Assembly: GCA_021613535.1 (NCBI GenBank)
Contig: CP075496.1
Location: 11,656,001 to 11,720,000, forward strand
DNA: 64,000 nucleotides
Direction: 5' to 3'
Source of the DNA: Adineta vaga
Lineage: Eukaryota > Animalia > Rotifera
A program made the translations under genes and the position numbers. Below, piece by piece: positions 29,070 through 47,999 of the stretch (positions are counted from its first letter, which is position 1; each line of letters starts with the position of its first letter). Under the pieces are notes generated by a model, which was given only the letters and a program-made list of their open reading frames with translations, did no database searches and had not been told where the DNA came from.

Positions 29070-29945
29070 TCATTTTAACAAATAATTTATTCGAAATATT
29101 CGACAAACAATTATTGCATTGGTGTGATAGAAGTATATATATATATCTTATTTACTAGTCAACATGAAAGATCGTATTGATTTAAACAAAAACAAATTTA
29201 TGAAAGAATATCTATATTATAACATTAGACATTGTTTTCCTTTCAAAATATCGCGTAGATTTCTATTTTCTTTTCAGTGTTGCATCTTATTCAAAGAAAT
29301 TGAATTGTATGTTTTCTCTCGATGAAGATTCTCTTCGAATAAATAATGAATTCTTTTTTCAATGGATCAATGATAGTGATAATCTATATTTTCAGTCTGA
29401 AAACAGTAGACATTTATATCATATTACCAAAAGCAATGATGTACATCGATAAAAATAGGAAAAAAAGATCGTATTCTTTTAACAGGAATGATATTAATGA
29501 AAGATCCTCGACGAATAAACGATTCATAAGTAATCTCATTAACAATAAAGAAATGTTTGTACGAATAGATGTTCAATGTTATGGAAATTTTCAAAAACAA
29601 CTTGTCTTTAGTTAATTAGTTTCAACATCTTTATCTTGTTCATCGAGTTCGCCTCATATTGTTATAGTTCTTCTCATATAGATCATCATTAATCGATACT
29701 TGCTTACATCATTGCAAAGAATGAGACTAAAGGTTAGAGTAACAAAAGAGATCGCACAGGATGTTTACAATGTCAACAAACATATCATGTTATTAAAGAA
29801 AAAGAAAGTATTCTAAATTGTTCTCTTCTTATATATATGATTTATTTCACAAAAGAATCCTATTTAATACATTAAATATTTGAGAATAACTAACAGAATA
29901 AATACAAACAGAAAATTATATACAATTTGAATGAAAATAGAAAGT

Positions 29946-30665
29946 TTAATTTTTTTTCATTGCTAATTCAATTTCATGCATACGTCGATTAGCTTTAATT
30001 TCAGCTTTAATTGGACAATATTTCATTGTATGTGCTTGATCACCTGATAAATGACAACGTGGACATTTATGAGCACGAAGAATTGGACATAATGTAATCA
30101 TTTTTTCATTATCACGAAGACGATGTGATGAATAAATATCATAAGATTCACCATTAGCTTTACAAAATGCACATTCAAGATATTCACCGAAATTTTCACG
30201 ACGCCAACGAGCTTTAATAACTAAAGATGATAAATCAAATGACGATGAACGAAGAGGTAAAAGACCACATAATCGATTATCTGAATTCGATATGGATGAT
30301 GTTGGAGATGATGACATCTAAAAGCATGCAAATGAATTTAAGATAATATAGTATTGCAAAAAGAAATTTACCAATGATGGAACAGGACTTGGTGCAATAA
30401 CTAAAGGTATTTCCGAATTATATGTTGTTGAAAACTAAAAGAAAAGACATATTTTTATAAAAGATATAAATGACAACATCAATTAATTGCTTACCAAGGA
30501 TGGAGGTGTAGGAAAGAATGAAGTTGGTGAACAACAATTACAGAATGTTTGAATTGTTGATGTTGTTGACGAGGGTGGAAACTAAATAAAAATAAATGAA
30601 TATCTATTTATTCAATCATCATAACATACCAATGGAAGAAACATTGTATGATTGTAGTTCATCAT
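29946..30665 (-). CDS. nanos: Nanos RNA-binding protein, ~185 aa; exons 30665-30630, 30581-30495, 30434-30372, 30317-29946
   Basis: Two CCHC fingers CAFCKANGESYDIYSSHRLRDNEKMITLCPILRAHKCPRCHLSGDQAHTMKYCP. All upstream exons are phase 0 and open. Confidence 0.93.
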
Positions 30666-31037
30666 TGTGAGTAAATGTGTAATGATCAGTAAGTTGTAAA
30701 ATTGAATTATGATGTTAGGAATATATACTCCTCGAGATATAAATGATTTCATTTGTAATTAGTTTACACTTTCGATTACAACTAAAGAAATGGTGTCAAA
30801 TAGAAATACACTAATTGATACATTCAATGTGTTCCTTTTATTCTTAATTAATACGAAAAACAAAACAATCTACGAACGATACATAGATCAAAAGAAACGT
30901 ACATGTTATACATTGATTGTTAACAGAATTAAAAAGAAAAACGAACGTGCTTCTTTGATATTACAGAAATTTCAATAGTAAATCGTGTAAATATGTTAAA
31001 GATGAACAGTGAATAATGTTTTCTTCTCTTATAGTTA

Positions 31038-31276
31038 TCAAGATACAAAATCATAGAGTTCTAAAATAATTGTACCCAAAATACAAACAACAAAAAATCC
31101 ACCAACAATACAGCCAAATAAAATTAAAAATATGACACCTGCACTAAGACCAGTTGTTTCGCTTCTGTCTCGAATTCGTCCATAATATACATCTGCATAT
31201 GTTCTTGCATAACTTTCATTGACTAGTAGATAATAAAACAAGAAGGCGATATGTTTTTTTTACTTGCTACAATCAT
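31038..31276 (-). CDS. Putative 65-aa single-pass membrane microprotein
   Basis: ATG ATT GTA GCA A|gtaaa, 41-nt intron, ctag|TC gives MIVAINESYARTYADVYYGRIRDRSETTGLSAGVIFLILFGCIVGGFFVVCILGTIILELYDFVS*. GLSAG precedes a long hydrophobic helix. Confidence 0.5.
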
Positions 31277-31608
31277 ACACTCACTTTCAATTAGAATTAA
31301 TAGACTATTAATCCAAACGATCGATCTAGGAAACATTACAATACTTTCGATAGTCACCAAGAAAAAAACGTATGTTATCGTATTCAAGGATTTTATTATA
31401 GACGTGTTTTCATAGTAAATTGATTCTGACGTGATTATATTCTATTGACACTCAGTTTTTATAGACAAATATAGAATCATGATTTGAAAGAATCAAATCT
31501 TTACACAATTTCTAATAGTAACTAAAACGAATTATCTATAGCGACAAGGAAATTTTGTTTGATTTTCATTTTAAATTGTCTTTATTTGCTTGTATTTATT
31601 GAATAGTA

Positions 31609-32527
31609 ATGCTTCGTCGAAATCAGAAGAATTCAAAGAAGAAAGTCCTACATCGTAAATCATCTGTTTCACACATGCAACGATCGATTCCATTGAATAT
31701 AAATGCATACAATCAACCATCGAGTAATGATTCACTTTCATTAGTGATCGATTCTGTCAATGACACGATTTCCTTATGAATTTATTATATTTAGTCGTAA
31801 ATCCAACTTCTCGTCTTGAATCAATGGCTAATTTAATGATTCAAGAATTATGTGGGACACAACGTGATAATTTAAAGCATGAATTATTGACATCTTATAT
31901 TTCTAACATGATAACAACAAATAATTTACCATTGTCTTCATCGAAAAGAAGTTTAGAACAACTCTTATCTGATATACATACACTTGATCGTTCTATTGAC
32001 CAACAGTCTGGTACAACAGATATTACTGATCATGAATTGAGTAGAAGCACTCTTAATCTTGATAAGGATACATTTGATGCTATATCAACACAATCTAAAT
32101 CCACAAATCTGTTGCACGATGAATCGCCGTCCATAATAGTGAAAAAACGACGAAGAAATTTGAAAAATCCTGTACCATCAAAAACTATATGTACAAGAAG
32201 TTCAAAATTCAATTCTTTAAATACTCATGAAAATGAAAATAATCATAGTTAGTAAAATGATATTGTCAAAATTAAGAATTTCTTCTTTTAGTCATCTCCA
32301 ATCGTGCACGTAAACAACAATCATCATCAATAAATACAGATATCAAACAAAATTCAATCATCAATGGTGAGACACAAATTCTTTGTGTTTACTAATCGTC
32401 TTAGTTCATTGATGAATATACTATTTATAGTTTAGGAGAAGATATATCTGGTGTGAAAGTATCTCGTAAAAAACTTCAATCAACTGTTCAGTCTCCTAAA
32501 TGTTCTGAAATTACTAATGATTTTTGA
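31609..32527 (+). CDS. Orphan protein with basic N-terminus and NLS-like KKRRR, about 4 exons
   Basis: ATG 31609 (MLRRNQKNSKKK...), 158-aa ORF segment, short GT-AG introns, stop 32525-32527, AATAAA at 32542. Confidence 0.6.
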
Positions 32528-32698
32528 TTTCGTGATTTTTTAATAAAATCAATGGCGCTTTGAAAGAATAAATAACTGGCGCGTTTCTTTAGTAACAATT
32601 TCTTTTTTTTTGTCTCAAATATCGATTTGTTTTCTATTTGAAATCATTATTTGTCTATCAAATCATTTGTTTTTGTCCGTCATCCTTCAACAGTGTCA

Positions 32699-34350
32699 AT
32701 GTCGTCAAATACGTTAACGAGTACCGCGAAATTTGAACAGATGACAAAAGAAGAAAAGTTACGTTTCTGTCAAGATCTTATTAAACAAGCTGCTAATTTA
32801 AAGAAACCATCTGGCATGGGCAAAGCACGATCGAAAAGTAAATCAGGTAAACGGCGAATTTCAACAGGTGATGCAATGTCAAAAAAAACCAAACATCCAA
32901 CTTCGACGCATGGTGGACGATCAAAATCTTCAATCAGATCATCTGCATTACAACCTGTGTGTTTATTTCATATTATCTAGGTGTTTATAAAAATGGAGAT
33001 GAATTCTTTTTATCTAGTCACACAAATCCAAATCCGACTTAATTCATTATGATTCATATCCAGTTTGTGCTATTTCACTTCGTATTGTTCGTATTCAATT
33101 TTCCTTTAGTCTGAACATAGTCCGATGAAATCAAAAAGTAAACGATCTTCTTCACGTTCACATTCCAAAACAGGTAATGATTGTTTGAAAAGATTCAAAT
33201 AGTGTATGTGAAACATATTGATTATGGGTGGTACACATAAACTGAAAACTGATCATCCTGGAACAGCAGAACGATCAACATCCAAATCTGTATATTGATT
33301 TGTTGATGAATATTATTATCGACGAAATCATTTTGAATATAATTTAGTCAATGCATAGTAGTAAATCACAGAGTAAACGTCATCCATTTGCAACTAATTC
33401 ACGATCATTAATAAATCCTAACGAAACAAGCGTTACTCGATCTACATCAAACACTATTGGTTCGTAGTCATCATTGGATGTGTTAAAATCAATAATTTTA
33501 TCATTATTCTAGATAATAAATCAGATGTGAAAAGTTCAAAGAACAAGGTTGGAGTGAGTGAAGCAATTTATAGTTTATGTTTTTCTCAAAAAATACCTTA
33601 TCTAGCATCCTTCATCATCTAAGCATAAGACATCTGGTGGTATTACTTTTTTCATTGTTTTGTTTTAAAAACAAGAATTTTCCAATTTAGGCACACGTAT
33701 AAAATCGAAATCAAAAGCACGTAGTTCAAGCCGACGAGCAAGAGGTACTTCATATGCTCTTTCTACCAGCAAACAAAAGAATAGAACTCGACGAACAAAA
33801 TCAAACACTCCGAAAAAGGTTAGATCAATAGCACAAAAAATGAATGTATTCATTCAAAGAATCATTTCAGAGAACGACATCAAACGTTCGTTCACCATCA
33901 AAATCAGTAAGACATAAAGGCAAAAGTGTTAATAAGAGTCGAACAAAATCGAGTGTAAGATCTGCTAAAACCAAAGGTAAACACCCACGTACATCAATGA
34001 AAAATCGTACTGAAACATGTGCCGTTCAATTTGTACCAAAATTTAATCCAAATTCCAATAAAAATCAAGTACCAATCTATCATCTTATTCGTCATGCATT
34101 TGGTAATATGGTTCGTGAAGCTATCTGTCAATTAGATAAAAATAAAGCCGGTGTGAGTTCTCAACAAATTATCGATCATATTCTCAAACATTATTCATTT
34201 CCAAATAACCTTTCCGAAAGTGCGATACGTAATCGAACATTGTTTACAATTAATTCGGGTTTACGTGCTGGTACACTTATTACTGCTAGTCCAAACAAAG
34301 GTGTTCGAATTGGTCGTATGCGTCGTATTTATCCACGTCTACTTTGCTAG
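32699..34350 (+). CDS. Linker-histone (H15 winged-helix)/protamine-like protein, ~404 aa: ~315-aa Ser/Lys/Arg-rich N-terminal tail, C-terminal globular domain, 9 exons
   Basis: C-terminal FGNMVREAICQLDKNKAGVSSQQIIDHILKHYSFP...IRNRTLFTINSGLRAGTLITASPNKG aligns by eye with the H1/H5 globular domain ([29 protein letters not shown]...IKRLVTTGVL). Exons 32699-32956, 33018-33062, 33110-33173, 33228-33289, 33348-33459, 33513-33547, 33606-~33639, 33691-33818 and 33871-34350 are phase-consistent. AATAAA at 34391. Confidence 0.75.
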
Positions 34351-35784
34351 AGAAAAGAAAATATTGACAACGATCATTTTATTTCTTTCGAATAAATAGA
34401 TAATCATCGGAGAAAAAAGTTTATGTTTAAATTGACTGTAGGCGTGTTATTAGAATAATCAACACTATCGGTACTGTTGAAAGAACAGCATGTTTACTTT
34501 TTTTTATTCTTTTTGAAATTTGATACGTAATAATCATACTTCATTTTTTTGAAATCTGAGATTGATATACATATAGAAATTCATTTTTAATGACATGTTT
34601 TTCTGAATTACAATACAGAGAAATTTATTTGATAATACCTTCATATGAGTTCAGCCTATCCGGTTCAAAACAAACCCATTCAACTTTCTGAAGGTTGATA
34701 TACTCTGTATGTTTTATAACACCTGGTTTGATCTATTTATTCATTATTCTATTGACGATAATGATCTATAGTAACGTTTTCCTTTTTGATTGATGAATTT
34801 AAAGAAATTGTTTCAAAATAAATATCATGTTGAAAGTATGAGAACGACGAGGTAGGCTTGATAAACGTGATTCTAATGTTTTTCTTTTGTATAACAAACG
34901 TGATGTCAATATCAATCGAACTAATAATAATCTTCCTACTTAACTGTCAACAGTGTTTTGCCCTCAATAAAATCAAAAAACAAGTCGTCTAAAAAATGTG
35001 GATAAAAGATGATGAACACAAAGATGTTAATATATTCTGACCTCTTCTAAATGTAAATTTACTACACTCGGCATGGCCTCGATGAGATATTTATATATGC
35101 AAGCTAACAAGATTTCAATAACGCACATTATTTGACATACATTTTCGGAAGAGAGAAAATATAATGGATAAATAAATTTTATTCTAGCATTTGTATATGT
35201 CATGTATACGGACATTTCACTCGATCTGTATTAAATATTCCACATCGAATGAACGATTTTATTATTTATTATTCTCTACTTTGAAAAAATAATCTCTTCA
35301 TTCTCCGTAAAAGCTCATATGATTACTTTTTTTTTCAACTAAACAACAAGCGGTAGAAGAGAAAAAATTCAAACGCATATACCATGATTATTTCAGGATG
35401 TTACTTGTCATTCTTTTTTTTATTTCATATCACTATCTAGTCGGAAAGCAAACAACAGGTTTGCATCTTTCTAAAAGTTATTACAATTGAACCATAAAAA
35501 TGTTTTTCTATGAGTACTAAAGAAGCAATGAGTGTATATGTTTTTATTCTAAGTTTCACGCTATTACGATACAGAAAAGAATACAAGAATTACCGGTTTG
35601 ACTAAGAAAAATATAAAAAAAATAAATTGAAGAAATCTGGTCGTGAATTTTCTTGTCCTCTTCGTTATTTTATTTTCTTGTTCTCTCTTCTCTTCCTCTT
35701 CATTTAATAGTCATAATGCCGCTTTGAACTTGCCAGATATTTATTTATTGAAACATTAGGAAACCTAAAATTAACTATTCAAAT

Positions 35785-36702
35785 ATGATCGACGATGAAC
35801 AACGTTTTGCTCTTCATACAATTACAAATCCAACAAATTTAACATTTGATCGATATGCTTATTCACGTTATAAATATGGTGATGGACATCAAGCGGAAGA
35901 ATTCGGTAAAGAATTATGTAAGGGTTTTCTCGACAAATATACTGATTTTCTTCTTTCATCAAATCAACAATTTGTTGCGATTTCATCACCACGTGGAATC
36001 ATTCCGCCAGCTGTTTATTATATTTTTCAAACATTTTTAAAAAGACTCAATCGTTTTCTACAATTAAATGGACGAGAACCGATAGTAGAACAGACAATTC
36101 ATCGAATAGGAACAATTGCAGAGGATTATTCATTATTATCCAAACATGAACGATTTAATCGTTTAGTCGATGAACGATATTCTATTGATAGACAACCATT
36201 ACCAGATAAATTCTTATTATTCGTTGATGATATTCGTATTACAGGTAAGAACAATTATCTTATCCAATTTATATCAAAAATATAATCCATTCTTTTTCCT
36301 TGTCTATTTCAAGGTATCCATGAAATGAACATAATTCGTCTATTACAATCATCAAAAATTTATAATTCACGATTATTTATTTATTATGCTCAGTTAATTA
36401 ATGATCAAACGCCTACATCATTTGAATATGAATTAAATCGATGTGCAATCTCTAATCTCGAACAACTATTAACAATCATTCATAATCCATTAACATCATT
36501 TCAAATAAATACACGTGTATTAAAAGAAATTTTACGTTCAAATTTAACTGAATTAAATCAATTTTTACAATCAATTAGCACAGATCTCATGTCACAACTC
36601 TATCACGCATGTTTTGCTTGTAATTATGAAACAATTGATATATTTGCTGATGCTCTAGAATATCTACATCGTTTTCTTGAACAACGACAAAATGAAAATT
36701 AA
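35785..36702 (+). CDS. ComF-like phosphoribosyltransferase (PRTase_3-type, bacterial/fungal family); one intron 36245-36313
   Basis: YSRYKYGDGHQAEEFGKEL, ISSP...IPPA, IHR...EDYSLLS..ER, and PRPP-binding loop LLFVDDIRITG-IHE. Confidence 0.8.
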
Positions 36703-36835
36703 ATAATGTTCTTTTTTAGAAATTTGCATGTTTATTGATTCTTTTTTTCTTACTCGAAAAGAATTGTTTGCAATTAAAATGTTTTATTTATTGAGCAGAA
36801 AGAAATAAGAATACAAACCATACATATAATATTCT

Positions 36836-37196
36836 CTATCGACGTCGACCAAAAAATGCATCCCAATGATTTTTTCGTCCGAATGTTTGACGTTTATTTG
36901 GAAAAAAATCTCGATAGTCATTCGCTCGATTTGTTAATGCAACTAAAGATGTTGGTGGAAAGATAAAATTAGCTGCTCGTTGTGAGACAATGATTTGATC
37001 ATCATTGAGATCATAGTCTTGCATTTTATAAGTGCTTAAATCATCCCATGGTGCATATCGATTATTATCAATATGGGCATGAGTAAACAAGAGACAGGAT
37101 GCTAAATATGGAAGAGATTGATTTGTTAAGATTGTTTTCTTTTTTTCCGATAGAATACTTACCGACAACGAGAAATAGATGGAAAGATGAGATCAT
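36836..37196 (-). CDS. Neuropeptide precursor (signal peptide; predicted pQTF-amide and NHWDAFF-amide); intron 37162-37102
   Basis: Spliced MISSFHLFLVVASCLLFTHA signal peptide. C-terminus KR-QTFG-RK-NHWDAFFG-RRR* has dibasic sites and Gly amide donors. Confidence 0.8.
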
Positions 37197-37913
37197 GATG
37201 AAGATATACGTGACTGTTCGTTGGTATGCTGATGTTCTTATGAAGGAAAAAACTGATGAACACATAGTAAGATGTCGAGTTCGTCGTCACACTTATTCCT
37301 TTTCTTCTTCTTCTTCGTTTTCTTCTTTGTTCGGTGTCACATCATGAATCGGGGAAAAAAAGCCAAATTTTTGGTTTTTAGATGTCACGCCATGCACGTA
37401 CTTTTCTTTGCTGACTATTACTTCTTCATCTTTTTTGTTCATTTATTTTCTCATTTCATAATGAGAGACAGGAAATCTATAGAAGATTATTTTTCGAAGA
37501 TTCAATTGATTGTTACAATAACACGTCAAATACTGTGTACGTCATCTATAACCTTGTTAGAGTATCATACAGATAATCATTAGTCAAATGTAGAGAACAG
37601 CGAACATATAGGCAAGGCATGCATATATATTAAATTACAAAAGAAAAGAGAGAAAAAAACATGAACAAACAAACAAACAAACAAATGAACAAAAACAATT
37701 TTGTCGTTTATATATATATATCTATATTGTCTTCTCGTCGATATATACAATAATGCCACTGTATGAGCAAAATGACTACTGAGAAATGAAAACCAAAAAC
37801 AAACAAAACAGAAAACGTTTGCTTTTCTTTTGTCTTGATCGATGACCAGCATCACAAAGAAGAAGAAGAAAATGATAAGAAAAAGGCAAATAGATAGCTT
37901 GTATCTTTATTAA

Positions 37914-45696
<7,783 letters not shown>

Positions 45697-47999
45697 GATA
45701 AATGTCAAGTGAATTGAAACAAATCAATCTTGATGTTAATGATAGATATACATCAAATTAAATAGAATGCAAGGTCAATAAGACCATGGAAGTTGTATAT
45801 ATACATTTCAGACTAAAGTCAGATAGAAGTATGATGATATAAATGAAACATGATCTGATTATGTGAGACGTGTCGAAGAAGAATGCTCGTAAAATTCAAA
45901 TTCAACTTGCTTGCCTATCTGTTCTGTTTCTTCTCAATCGTCCAACCTTGAACGACAAACCTCGATAGAGTAATACAAAGCGGACAAGTAACCAGAGAAA
46001 TGATTCATAGAGGTCGTTGGCAATCGGTAGAAAAAAAGTTTTTTCTTTTTTCAAATCTTATAAGACATAAAATACGATGAGGAAATGCAGCTCTTCTTAA
46101 CATTAAATTCGTTGATGATATGTGAAAAGATCATAACTTACATGGAAATTTAAAATAGAACATTTCTGATGAGTAATATTGATTCATTGAGTATGATTCG
46201 ATAATGTTGTCAAATATCGCAGACTGACAGGAAATATGAGAAGATATTTTGTGAAATAGTAATCGATGTTTTCTTTTTCGATAGTTATTATATCTTTTGT
46301 TTATAATCATTGGAAGAGTATCTCATCACTCATAAAACTAGTTTCATATATCCTTCACCTTTCGTCTAACATACAAATTATATAGACAATGAGTTTGTAA
46401 AAACGTGTTTTTCTTTTACAAATTCATTTTCTTCGTCTGTTCTATTGAAATTTAATCGAAACGATTCTTTGATCAATAGTAAAGTAAATTGTATATTTGT
46501 TGTAATAGTCTATTATTCAAACTGAAAGCTAAGAATACAGATGACATAACTCAGACATATAGAAGTACACTCTACTTCATGCATCTTGTTGATCACAATT
46601 AAACTAGAAAAGTAATACTTCATCGAGATGACAGTTTCACATATGATGCATAGAATGTATTATGATAGTTGTTAATGTCAATACTTTCGTATCATATCTC
46701 GATAGATTCATTGATAAACATTCGTTTTATAAATTAAATAGAAATAGATATATATATTCGATAAAGGATTTGAGAGATCTATTCTATGTAATTAAATTAG
46801 TTTTGATTATGACATGTTGTCAATGCATTAGGAAAGTGAGATATGTATTCATACGATAGAATTTAATAGGTTTCCTTTTTTATTGTGAATAATAATAACA
46901 ATTCAATTGACTGCATGTTATCATCAAGCATTATTCGACTACAACCAACCTTAAGATAAACAAAAACAATATAAAAAAGTCGCTGTTATTCATCTTGAAA
47001 ACGGAAAGATCATTTCTCATTCATACGTTGCAATACATCATTTTCATCCTAATGATAAACTAAATTAGTCTTTTCAATACAAACTACTAATACTACAAAT
47101 CACAATTGTATATACTTCTGATAGTGTTGATATTTCTGTGGAAACAAATGGTTTCTTTAAATACAATTCAACCCATCTATGGATCATATCTGGAAGGAGA
47201 TGTCTATTTGTTTATATCAAATTTACGCAGTAAGAAATAGTACTATTAGCTATTTCGAGATTGTGTTTGAATATAATAAATGATGGAACTAGCGTTGAAA
47301 TAATTTAATGTTCTCTTTTGGTGCAATACGATCTTCATAATTCATAACGAAAAGAAACTAAGTAGTTTGTGATCATGCAAGAAAACGATAGTCTTCAATT
47401 CAATAAATCTCTTATTATTAAAAACAGAAATGTATCTGTAACCTTCAGGCAACGACTGATACCATATATCCGATGTTTTATTAGAAATGCCAGACATGTA
47501 CATCTTAATTGTTAAGTAGAAAAGTAAACTGTGTAGTGCTATGACTTATACTTTTTCCATGATTAATCCATTGTCGTCTTCTTTTCAGTTGTACGAGAAT
47601 GATTGATTAGATGATATGTTCAGAAAAGTAGAAATCATCAAAAAGAAAAAGAAAGTCGTTTATTCAAGCATATTTTCATGTGAATCACTTGTTCAATGTC
47701 CAGAAAACAAACAAAGCAAGAGAATAAGAAAAACGAAGAAGCACAAGTGAAACTCATGTTGCTTACATACACAGAAAAAGAGATACGCTAAAGCAAAATA
47801 ATTTTCATCAGATAAAAGACAAATGTATGCATAATTTTGTTAACATGAGAAGTATTTTCTGTATGAGATTAGTAAAACAAAATAAAGGAAAGAAGAGAAG
47901 AAAAAAAACGATAAAGAGAAAAATCAATGTATAATGTTGCTTTTTTTGTATTTAAATATATACGTGGAATCGATTTTGGTATTTAATAATATAGGACTA

